A stretch of DNA of 64,000 bases from an uncultured Acidobacteriota bacterium (GTDB lineage: Bacteria > Acidobacteriota > Thermoanaerobaculia > UBA5066), in contig CAIMWE010000119.1 in the NCBI GenBank assembly GCA_903845115.1, forward strand, positions 828-64,827, read 5' to 3'. Made by a program: the position numbers and the translations under genes. The notes under the pieces were generated by a model. That model searched no databases. It was given only the letters and a program-made list of their open reading frames with translations, and had not been told where the DNA came from. Positions 27,201-39,200 of this stretch are shown here, piece by piece (positions within the stretch are counted from its first letter, which is position 1; every line of letters begins with the position of its first letter).

Positions 27201-30200
27201 TCCGCGGCAGGCACCTCGCGCACCCCGTCCTCGACGCGCGCCACGGAGCCGAGTCGCAGCGTGACGGTCCGCGCCCCTGCGTACGCCCGGGCGAGACGGG
27301 CCGCCAGCTCCTCGGCCCCCTTCTCGGGAGGGAGGAGGACCACCGTGACGCCGCCCGGCTCGCCGGCGGGTGCGGGCCGGAGGCTGCGCCGCTCCCAGCG
27401 GGGAACGTAGAGGAGGCGGTCGGCCGCCGCGCCACGGCGACCCGGCGGCCGTTCCTCCCGCCTGACGGGCTGCCCCTCTGCCGCGCCTCCGCCGATCCAG
27501 TGGCGAACGGGCGCGAACGGGTAGGTGGGGAGCGACACCTTCCGGCGCGGCCCCCGGCGCGCGAGCTTCCCGAAGTCCACTTCCGCCCCCGAAACCCACG
27601 CCTCCCCGACCTTCGAGAGCTTTCCCTTGGCCACCCACCGGTCGAGGAGCTCCCTGACGTCGTCGTCGCCGGAGAGGAAGGGCGTCCCCCGCACCCCGCC
27701 ACGCAGGACCCCCTCCGGTTCCCGCCCCGCGGCCATCTCGACGAGGAGCCCGACGGCCTCTCCGACGCTGCGGGCGACGAACGCGAGCCGCTCCGCCATC
27801 GCCTCCCGGCCATCCTGGAGGGTGAAGGCGACGTTCCCCAGGGTGAGGCCCTCGTCCGCGAGGCGTCCCTCCCCGAGCCTGCGCGAGAGGAACGACGCCA
27901 GCGCGGCGACGCGCGCGTCGAGCCGCTCCCGGTCGCGGGCCGAGAGGACGATCAGCTCCGGCTCCCCCTCGTCCTCGCGCTCACCGCGCCAGGGCGGCTC
28001 GAACTCCTCCACGACGAGGTGCGCGTTGGCGCCGCCGGCGCCGAAGGAGCTGACGCCGGCGCGACGCGGCGGCGCGGCAAGAGGGCCGAGGGAGTCCGGC
28101 GAGGCGGCACGCGGACGCTCCCACGCGGAGAGCTCGCGCTGGACCCGGAAGGGAGACGCCTCGAAGTCGATCTTCGGGTTGAGCTCCTCGGCGTGGAGCG
28201 ACGGGACGAGCTTCCCGTGCCACATCTGCAACAGGACCTTCGTGAGGCCCAGGACGCCGGCTGCGGCCTCCAGGTGGCCCGCGTTCGACTTCGCCGAGCC
28301 GATCGCGCACCAGCTCCGGCCCGGGGCTCCGCCTCCGAAGGCCCTCGTCAGCCCGGCGATCTCGACGGGATCCCCGAGAGACGTGCCGGTCCCGTGCGCC
28401 TCCACGTAGGTCACGGTCCGCGGGTCGACGCCTGCCGAGCGGAGCGCGGCCGTGACGAGGTCCCCCTGCGCGACCGGGCTCGGCACCGTGAAGCCGCTCG
28501 TCTTTCCCCCCGCGTTGATCGCGGAGCCCCGGATCACGCCCCGGATCGGGTCGCCGTCGGCGAGCGCCCGGGCGAGAGGCTTCAGGAGAACCGCTCCGAC
28601 CCCCTCGCCGTCCACGAAGCCGTCGGCGCCCGCCCCGAAGCTCCGGCAGCGCTCGCCCGGCGAGAGCATCCCGGCGCGCGCCAGACGCCTGAAGTGGACG
28701 GGGTGGAGGATCAGGTTGACCCCACCGGCGATCGCGGCCCGGCACTCCCCCCTCCGCAGGCTCTCGCAGGCGAGGTGGATCGCGGTGAGCGAGGAGGAGC
28801 AGGCCGTGTCGACCGCGAGGCTCGGGCCCTTCAGGTCGAAGAAGTAGGAGACGCGGTTGGCGATCGGCCAGTGGGCGGCGTGGGCGTCGGTCACCAGGCC
28901 GCGAGCCGCCGCCTCCGCCGCGAGCCACTCGTAGTCGCCCGCCATGACGCCGACGAAGACGCCCACCTCGGAGCCGAGGGCCGAGAGGTGACGGCGCGTG
29001 AACCCCGCGTCCTCCAGGACGGCGGCGGCCGTCTCCAGAAAGAGGCGCTCCTGCGGGTCCATGGCCGCCGCCTCGCGGGGCGAGATCCCGAAGTAGAGGG
29101 AGTCGAACCGGTCGACGCCCTGGAGGAACCCGCCCCACCTCGGGGCGCCCTCCCCTTCGGCCCTCCAGTCCCACCTCTCCGCCGGGACCAGGCGGATGCC
29201 GCTCCGGCCCGCCTCCAGGCTCTCCCACACCTCGTCGATCGTCGCCCCGAGGGGATAGCGCCCGGCCACTCCCAGGATGGCGATGTCGCCGCCCTCGCCC
29301 TCCCTGGGCCGGGCAGGGCTCGGCAAGGCGAACGGCTGCGGCGCGGGACGCGGGGCCGGCTCCGGGGCCGCCGGGACCGCGGGACCCCGCATCCGGGAAA
29401 GCGCGGCGGCGTGCTCCCGCGCGAAGTAGGTCGCCAGGGCGCCGATCGTCAGGTGCTCGAAGAGAAGCGTGCTCGGCAGCCTTCCGAAGTCCTTCTCGAG
29501 CTCCCTGTTGACGTCGAGGACTCCGAGCGAGTCGAGACCGTAGACGTCGAAGCTGGCGTCCTCGGAGAGCCGCGCCTGGTCGATCTTCAGGACCCGCGCC
29601 AGGAGGCCCTTGACGTAGGCCACAGCGTCGCGCCGGGGGGCGCCGGGCCCCTCGTGACCCGGAGCGCTGTCGACCGGACCCGCCTCGGCCACCAGGACCG
29701 ACTGGCCTCCCCGCGCCAGGAGAGGGTGGCCGGCGGCGAGGTCGTGGACGCGAGAGAAGAGGCCGGCGAAGAGCTCCCTCCACCGCTCCCGCGCGACCAG
29801 GGGGGACCCGGGGATCCGGTTCTCCGCGTCCTCGAAGGCCCACCACCCGGGCGTGAGGCCGAACGTCACCACGGCGAAGTCGTCCAGGACGGTCGCCTCG
29901 CTCACGACGGCCAGTCCCCCGGTCCGGAGGAGCTCTCGCAGGAAGCCGAGCGTCCGGCCGACGCGGGCCGTGGCGTGGACGACGTTGGTCCCGATGACGA
30001 CGTCGAAGCTCCCTCGAGGGAAGCCCTGCCCGGCGGGATCCCGCTCGAGGTCGAGCTTCACCCGCTCGACGGACGGGTAGGCCGAGAGGAACTCCGCCGC
30101 CCGCCTCACGAACGCGGCCGACACGTCGGAGAAGACGTACCGGACGCGCGTGCCGAGAGGAAGGAGCGCGTCGAGGACGGCCCGGGTCGTGGCGCCGGTC

Positions 30201-33200
30201 CCCGCACCGACCTCCAGGATGTCGAGCCGCGCCCGCGGGTCGACCGCGAGCCGCTCCTCGGCGAACCGCTTCACGACCGACGCGACGCACCGGTTCGCGA
30301 GGTCGGCCAGTCCGTCGCCCTGGTAGACGCTCTCGACCAGCTCGGGGGAGCCGGAGGGGAAGAGGACCTCCAGGGCGCTCCGCTTCCCCGTCACCACGTC
30401 CGGCAGGGCGTCCGCGCAGCGGGAGAGGAGGGCGAGCCGCCCGCCCAGCTCCGGGTGGCGCTCGGCCAGCCGGTCCGACCCGGCCGCCGGCCCGGCGGTC
30501 GGGGTCTGCTCCCCGCGCGGCACCTTCCCGGCGAGGCCGAGGAGCGTTTCGACGAGCGGCACGTAGGCCGGCAGGAGGCCCAGGCGGTGGCGCCACCCCT
30601 CTTCCGGGACGGCGGATCCCGGGCGGAGGACCCCGAGCGAGAGGAGCGCCTCGAGGGCCGCGCGACGGGCGATCTCCTCGAGCCGGGCGCGTCCGGACTG
30701 GAGCCGGTTCCACTCGTCCAGGTCCCGGGACGGCAGGGGCACCGCCGTGACGAGCTCCAGGAGGGAACCTTTCGCGCCCCTTCCGTCGGAAGCCCCCCGC
30801 GGCTCGCGCAGGACCAGCCCGGTGACGGTGGCGCAGACCTCTCCCTCGAGGCCGGCCACGACGGCGTCGAACCGCCCTTCGCCCCTCCTCGCCACGAGGG
30901 CCCTGGCGCCGGCCGGGACGGGACGATGGACCGTGAGCTCGTCGAGGCCGAACGGGAGCATCGTCCTCACCCGGCCGTCCTCGCCCCTTGTCAGGACGGC
31001 GGTCGCCTGGAGCGCCGCGTCGAGGAGCGCCGCGGGGAAGGGGTCGGCCGGGAGCGACTCCTCCTCGCGCAGCGTGGCGAGCGCCTCGTCCCTGCCGAAG
31101 AGCACCCGGGTGAGACCCCGGAGCGCCGGCCCGTACCGGACGCCCGAGCTCTCCATCAGCGCGTAGAGGGCCTCCCCGGTCAGGAGCTCCCCCATCCGCG
31201 CCGCCGCCGCGTGGAGATCCACGGGCGGCACTCCCGCCGGAACGGGCTCGAGGGCTCCCTCGGCGTGGAGCGTCGCCTCGCCCGACTCGACCCGGAAGCG
31301 GACCGCATCGGCTCCGTCGAGGACCAGGCGGACCCTGACGGCGGTCTCGGTCCCTTCGACGACGACCGGCCGCAGCCAGGCGACGCGGACGACGCGGAGG
31401 ACGCCAGTCTCGCCGGGACGCTCCCCCGGGAGAAGGCCTTGCCGCCGGGCCTCCGTGCGCGCCTCGACCGCCGCACCCAGGAGGACCATCCCCGGAACGA
31501 CCAGCCGACCCTCCACCTCGTGGTCCCGCACGACCGGATCCGAACGGCGGAACGTCCGGTGGAGGACGAATTCCTCCCCCCGCCGGCGCGTCTCCGGCGG
31601 CTCGGCTCCCGCTGCGAATCGCGCGACCGCCCCCTGCGGCGCCGCAGCCCAGCAGCGTTCGCGCTCGAAGGGGTACGTCGGCAGCGGGAGGCGCCGGCCC
31701 CGTCCGCCCAGCCACGGATCGAGGCGGAGAACGACCCCGGCGGTGTAGAGGCGAGCCAGCGCGACGAGCTTCTCCCGGAGCCGCTCGCCGGAGAGCCGCG
31801 TCGACACGATCTCGGAGACGATCCTCTCGCCCTCCTCCTCCATCCCTGGGCCCGGCGGATTGGCGGTCCGGAGCGCGTCGAGCGCCCCCGGAGCCGAAAG
31901 GCGCGACAGCTCCCGGCGGAGCTCTTCGAGGCTCTCGGCCACGAGACCCACCCGGAGCGGGAAGTGGACCCGGCTGGCCAGGGTGAACGCCACGTCGCCC
32001 ATGCGCGCGCTGGCCCCCTCCTTCGAGAGCCAGCCCAGGAGATCGGAAACCCGCCTCTCGAGCGAGCCCCTGGTCTTCGCGGAGAGGAGAAAGAGCTGCG
32101 GGCCCTCGGAAGCGGGAGCGGGAGGGAGCTGCGGCGCTTCCTCGAGGACGAGGTGGGCGTTCGTCCCGCTGAACCCGAACGAGCTGACGGCGGCCCGGCG
32201 CGGCACTCCCGGCTCGCTCGCCCATTCCGCGAGGCGCGTGCTGACGAAGAACGGGCTGTCGGCGAGCCGCAGGTGCCTGTTCTCCCGCTCGAAGTGGAGC
32301 GACGGCGGGATCTTCCGGTGCCGGAGCGCCATCAGGACCTTGATGACGCTCGCGACGCCCGCGGCTGCGGTCGTGTGCCCGATGTTCGTCTTGACGGATC
32401 CGAGCGCGCAGAACTGCCTCCGGTCTGTCCGCTCGCGGAAGGACTTCGTCAGCGCCTCCACCTCGATGGGGTCTCCCAGCTTGGTGCCGGTGCCGTGCGC
32501 CTCGACGAGCGTGATCGTCCCCGGGTCGACCCCGGCCCGACGGTAGACCCGCGTCTCCAGCTCTGCCTGCGAGCGCGCGCTCGGAGCCGTGAGGCCGTTC
32601 GAGCGGCCGTCCTGGTTCACGCCGGAGCCCCGGATCACCCCGTAGACGTGGTCGGAGTCCGCCAGGGCCTCGGAAAGGCGCTTGAGGACGACGACGCCGA
32701 CGGCCTCTCCCGGCACGAAGCCGTCCGCACGGTCGTCGAACGCCTTGCACCTGCCGTCGGGAGCCAGCATCCCGGCCTTCGTCATCTCGACGTAGGCGTC
32801 CTCGCCGAGGTACAGGGTGACCCCGCCGGCGAGGGCCAGGTCGGTCTCCCCGGCGAGGAGGCTCTGGCACGCCAGGTGGATCGCCACGAGCGACGAGGAG
32901 CAAGCCGTGTCGACGGCGATCGCGGGCCCCCGGAGGTCGAGGGCATAGGAGACCCGGCCGGCGAGGATCGAGTGGGCGTTGCCGAGCATCTCCTGCGCGG
33001 GGCGGGAGCCGTCGAGCCGGTCGCGGTACCGGTCGCTTCCCGTGACGCCGACCCAGACCCCCGTCGAGGAGCCGGCCAGCCCGTCGGCCGAGTACCCCGC
33101 GTCCTCCAGCGACCGCCACGTCTCCTCCAGGAAGAGGCGCTGCTGTGGGTCCATCAGCTCGGCGTCCGACGGCGAGATGCTGAAGAAGAGGGGGTCGAAC

Positions 33201-36200
33201 CGGTCGACGTCGGCGAGGAACCCTCCCCACCGGCTCGTGCTGGTACCCGGCCGGCCGGGGTCCTCGTCGAAGAGGCGCGTGGAGTCCCACCGCTCCGGCG
33301 GGACCTCCGTGACGGAGCAGACCCCGGCCGCGAGGTTCGCCCAGAATTCGCGCACGTCGGCCGCCCCCGGGAAGCGCCCGGAGCAGCCGATGATGGCGAT
33401 GTCGCGCGAGGGAGCCGCCCCCGGGGACGGCCCGCCCTCCCCTCCCGGCCCGGACGAGGCCTCGACCCGGGAAACGTCCGCGACCTCCCGGTCCGGCAGG
33501 AGGCCATGGAGGTGCCGGGCGAGGGCCTCGAGGGTGGAGTGGTCGTAGAGGGTGCTCGCCGCGAGGTCGAGACGGAGCAGCCGGCTCAGCTCGCGGACGA
33601 ACTCGACGCCCAGGATGGAGTCGACGCCCAGGTCCACGAAGGCCCTGGTGGGAGCGAGGCGGGACGGCTCCACGTAGAGGACGGCCGCGAGCGTCTCCGC
33701 CAGCATCTCCTGCAGCTGCGCCGGGGAGAGCGCCGGGAGCGGCGCGGAAGGACCGGAGGGAGCGACAGCCAGCTCGGGAGCAGCGGCGGCCTCCGGAGCG
33801 GCGGGGAACGGGAGCGTCTGCGCCCCCGCTTCCAGAAGGTGCGTGGTGAGCCGGGCGAGGGTTGGGTGGTCGTAGAGGTCGGTGGCCCTGAAGCTCCGGC
33901 CGGTCATCCTCTCGACCTGGCGCGCGAACTCCACCGTGAGGATCGAGTCGAGCCCCAGGTCGACGAAGGGTCGGTCCGCGTCGAGCTTCGCCGCGTCGGC
34001 GTAGAGGACGGAGGCGAGCTCTTCCTTCAGGCGCGCGGCCAGGCCGGCTCGGCTCTCGCCGCGCGGCTCGCCCGTTCCTCGCGCGGCCGGCGGCGCGGCC
34101 GGCGGGACCAGCGGAGCGGGAGGGGTTGAAGGCGGCTCGGGCCGACTGGCGCCGGCGGGCTCCCGTTCCCCGGCCAGCGGCCGCAGGACGAGCCTGCCGG
34201 CCGCCACCCTGCGGGGAGCCTCGGCGGCGCCGGCACCGTACCTGACGTCCTCGAACGGGTGGCCCGGAAGCGGGATCCGGCGCCTGCGCCCCGTGTGAAG
34301 CGGGTGGAGCGGCTTCCAGTCGACGGCTTCGCCCCCTTCCCATCGCCGGGCGAGATCCGAGAGGTCCGAGGCCCCGGCAGCGTTGCTGGTGCCCGGAATC
34401 GAGGGCAGCCGGTGGGAGCCCCCCGCGGCGACCGCGAGGAGCTTCTCGCGGAGCTCGGCAACGCTCGCGGCGACGATGGCGACCCGCTCGGCCATCGCCT
34501 CGCGCCCGGCCTGGAGCGTGAACGCGAGGTCGTGCAGGAGGACGCCCCGGCCGGCCTCTCCCTCCAGGAAGGCGGCCAGCTCGCGGCACTGGGCGACGAG
34601 GCGCGGGCGGTCGGCCGCCGACAACGGGACGAGAGCGGCCCCTGTCCCGGCCGTCCGGGCCTCCTCGAGGTGCTCCTCGAGAACCACGTGGGCGTTCGCC
34701 CCGCCGAACCCGAAGGAGCTCACTCCCGCCCGCCGGGGGACGGGGGCGCCGTCGCTCCCCTCCAGCCGGCCCCATTCCTGGTTCTCCCGGACGAGGTAGA
34801 AGGGGCTCTCTCCCAGGTCGACGAGGGGGTTGACCTCCTCGTTGTGGAGCAGCCCGGGGAGCTTTCCGTGGCGCATCGCCAGCGCCACCTTGACGACACC
34901 CGCCACGCCCGCCGCCGCCTCGAGGTGCCCCAGGTTCGTCTTCAGGGAGCCGATGCCGCACGTGGGGCGAGAGGGCGGAGGGAGCCCCCGCCTCTCGTGG
35001 AGCGTGGTGAACGCTGCCTTGAGCCCGTTGACCTCGATGGGGTCGCCGAGCGCGGTACCGGTGCCGTGAGCCTCCACGTAGGTCACGGTCCTCGGATCCA
35101 CGCCCGCAGCGCTCTGCGCCTCGACGATCAGCTCCGCCTGCGCCCGGGGGTTCGGCGAGGTGAGCGAGTGGGTGCGCCCCCCGTGGTTCTCGGCGGTCCC
35201 GAGGATGACGGCGTGAATCGTGTCGCCGTCCGCGATCGCCTCGGAGAGAGGCCGCAGCAGGAGGAGCGCGGCCCCCTCGCCTCTCACGTAACCGTTGGCG
35301 CCCCGGTCGAATGCCCGGCAGCGTCCCTCGGGGCTCAGCATGCGCCCCTGGCTGAGCGCCACGTACGAGAGGGGGCTCAGGATGACGTTCACGCCGCCGG
35401 CGAGGGCCGCACGGCACTCCCCCCGCTGGACCGAGACGACGGCGCGGTGAAGGGCGACGAGCGAGCTCGAGCACGCCGTGTCCACGGTGGCGCTCGGCCC
35501 GCACAGGTCGAAGAGGTACGAGATCCGGTTGGCCAGGACCGCGTGCGAGAGCCCGGAAAGCGTGTGGGGCGTGACCGGCGCCCCGCGGCGAAAGACGGTC
35601 TCCTCGAAGTCGAATCCGGAGGCCCCCACGAAGACCCCGGTCCGCGTCCCGGCGAAGGAGGAGGGGGCGTGGCCGGAGTGCTCGAAGGCCCGCCAGGCGG
35701 CGCGCAGGAGGAGCCGCTGCTGGGGGTCCATCCGCTCGGCCTCGCGCGGGGAGATGCCGAAGAACGCCGCGTCGAAGGCGTCGACGTCGGGGACGAAGCC
35801 TCCCCATCGCGACACGCTCTTTCCCTCCTCCCCCTCGCTTCCCTGGATGGCCTCCGCTTGCCAGCGCTCGGGAGGGATCACCGAGATGAGGTCGGTGCCG
35901 TTCCAGAGATGCTCCCAGAGCTCGTCCAGGGTCGCGGCGCCCGGGAAGATCCCGCCGATCCCGACGATCGCCACCGGCTCCGGCCTGCCGCCGCCCCCGT
36001 GCCGCCCGCCGGAGAGAGCCCGCGCGTCCGCGGTCTCCAGGCTCTTTGCCTGCCGCGAGAGGAGGTGGCTCGCAACGCGCCGCAGGGTCGTCTGCTCGTA
36101 GAAGAGGGTCGCCTCGACGGGGGTGTCGAACCGGCGGCTCAGCTCCGCCGCCAGGGCCGTGAACCGGACGGAGTCGACCCCGTATTCGCCGAGGGGGCGG

Positions 36201-39200
36201 AGCGGGTCGATCCGCTCGGGAAGCACGTGGACCAGGCGCCCCACGATCCGGGCCAGCGTCTGCTCCACCGCGGCGGCCTCCCACCGAACCGGCTCTCCGG
36301 GCTCATTCGCCGTCTGACTCGAAGGTCGCAGCGCCTCGCCGGAGAGCGTTCCCCCGCACCGGGAGCGGAGCTCGTCGAGGCTTTCCGTCGAGAGAGCCCG
36401 GCGGTCCGCCTTCCGGTTCGGGGTCAGCGGCAGCCCGGCCAGCGGGACGTAGGTCGACGGGAGCATCGCGGCCGGGAGCCATGCGGCGAGCGCCCGCGCG
36501 CAGGCGGCCGCCGGGTCGGAGCCCGGCTCGGCGGGGACGACGAAGGCGAAGAGCTGGTCCTGCCCCGTGGCGTCGGGCCTGAGGACGACGGCCGCGTCGC
36601 GGATTCCCTCGACCCGGGCAAGCGCGTTCTCCACCTCCCCCAGCTCGATCCTCACGCCGCGGAGTTTCACCTGAGAGTCCCGCCGGCCGAGGAGCTCGAT
36701 CCGCCCGTCGAAGAGGAACCGGCCCCGGTCGCCCGTGAGGTAGAGCCGCCCGTTGCCGAACGGGGTGCCGAAGGGGTCGGGGACGAACGCCGCGCCCGTG
36801 AGGTCGGGCCGCTGGTGGTAGCCCTCGGCGACGCCCTCCCCCCCGATGGCGACCTCGCCCGCGACGCCGGGCGCCACCGGGAGCCCCGCCGGATCGAGGA
36901 CGTAGACGGCCGTGTTCGCGATGGGTCGCCCCACGTCGACCCGCTCGCCGGCCACGACGCGGCCCGCGGTGGACCAGATCGTCGTCTCGGTCGGGCCGTA
37001 GACGTTCCAGAGCTCGTCGCCCACGCCGAGTAGCCGGTCGGCCAGCTCGGGGGAGAGGCGCTCGCCGCCGCAGAGGAGCTTCAGCGGGCGGGTGCGCTTC
37101 CAGCCGGCGGCGAGGAGCATCCGGAAGGTGGCGGGCGTCGCCTGGAGGACCGTCGCGCCTCCGGCCTCCAGGCTCCGACGCAGGCGGGCCCCGTCCCGCG
37201 TCTCCTCGGCCGGCGCGATCTCGACGACTCCCCCGGTCACGAGCGGCAGGAAGAGCTCCAGCGCGGCGATGTCGAACGAGATCGTCGTGACCGCCAGGAG
37301 GCGGTCCGCTCCGGAAAACCCGGGCCGCTCCGCCATCGAGAGGAGCAGGTTCGTCAGGGAGCGGTGCGACACCCGCGTCCCCTTGGGCCGGCCCGTGGAG
37401 CCCGACGTGTAGATGACGTAGGCGAGGCCGTGCCCCGGAACGGGCGAGGAGGCCCCCGCGGGCCGACCGGGAAGCTCGCCGGCGTCCGCGCCAGCGCCGT
37501 CGTCGACCTCCACGATCTTCACGCCGAGGTCGGAGGCCAGGGCGGGGAGCCACCCGAAGCCCCCGGAGGCGAGGGAGGCGGCGGAAGTAGCGGAGGCCGT
37601 GGAACTGGCGAAGGTCGCGGAGGTCACGATGGCCGCGAGGCCGCTGTCCCGGACCATGAACTCCAGCCGCTCCCTCGGGAACGCCGGGTCCAGCGGGACG
37701 TAGGCGGCGCCGGTCTGGAGGACCCCGAGGAGCGCGGCGGGGAGGCTCGCCGACCTGTCCAGGAGGACGCCCACGAGCGAGGAGGGCCCGATCCCTTCTG
37801 CCGCGAGGCGCCGGGCGAGGCGGGCCGAGCGCCTCGCGAGCTCCCCGTAGGTGAGGCTCTCCTGCCGGGCCACGACGGCGAGAGCGCCCTCCCTCTCCCG
37901 GGCGCGCTCCGCGAAGAGGTCGTGGACGCGCCGGTCGAGCGGGAAGTCCCGCGCCGTGTCGTTCCACGTCACCACGACGCGTCGACGCTCCTCCTCGCCG
38001 AGGAGGGGGAGGGCCGCGGCCAGCACGTCGGGCGTTTCGAACGAAGCCTCGACGAGGCGGAGGTACTGCCCCGCCATCCCGCGCACGGTCGCCTCGTCGA
38101 ACAGCTCGGGGTCGTACTTGAAGTTGAGCCGGACGCGGCCGCGGTCCCTGGTCAGCTCGAGCGTCAGGTCGCGCTCCCCTTCCTGGAGGACCTCGGGGAC
38201 TCTCTCCAGGAGAAGCCGCCCCTCTCCCGCGAAGCCGTGGACGGGGTCCCTCCACCCCAGGTCGTAGAAGGCGACGGGAAGCGGCGGACGCGGCAGGGAG
38301 CCCGCCGAGGCGCGGGCCTCGTCGAGGATCGCGGGGAGCGGGAGCGCCGCCTGGTCGAGGGCCGCCGTCAGCGCATCGTGGACCCGGCGTCTCAGGCCGC
38401 GGGCGGTCGGGTCGCCGGAGAGGTCCACCACGACGGGGACGACGTTCATGAAGAGACCGGTCGCTCCCTCGAATCCGGCCGGCCGTCCCGACACGGGAAG
38501 GGCGACGGCGACGCTGGCCTCCTCGGTGTGGCGGTGCAGGAGCAGGTGGAGCGGGGCCAGCCAGGCCGCGACCCGGGTGATTCCCTCGGCGGCGGCGACG
38601 GCCGCCGCCCGCGCGAAGAGAGTCTCGTCCGCCTCGATCCAGACCGTCTCCCCCCGGTGCCGCGGGACCTCGGGGCGCCGGTGGTCGAGCGCCAGCGGGA
38701 GCGGCGGCAGCCCACGCGGGAGGAGCGCTCGCCACGAGGCGCGCAGCCGTTCCCCCTCCGGTCCGCCGAGAAGCCGGCTCTGCCACGACACGAAGTCGCG
38801 GTACGACGGCCCCGCGGGGGGAGCCGGGAGCGGCAGCCCCTGGCGGATCCGCGCGTACAGCTCGGTCAGGTCGGCGAGCAGCGCCTCCAGGGTCAACGCG
38901 TCCGTGACGACGTGATGGAGGGCGAGGAGCAGGAGGGGGCGCTCCCCGGGGAAGAGCGCTGCCCTGAGGAGCGAATCGCGAGTGAGGTCGAAGGAGCGGT
39001 GCCCCTCCTCCCGGACGAGGTCGACCACCTGGTCCCCGGAGAGTCCCGCCACGTCGCGGACTTCGAGAGGGACCCCGGCGGCGCGCCGGACGAACTGGAC
39101 CGGCTCGCCCCCCTCCTCGCGAAGGCCGGTGCGAAGGACGGGGTGCCTCGCGACGACTCCTTCGAGAGCCATCGCGAGGACCCGCAGGTCCACGTCCACC

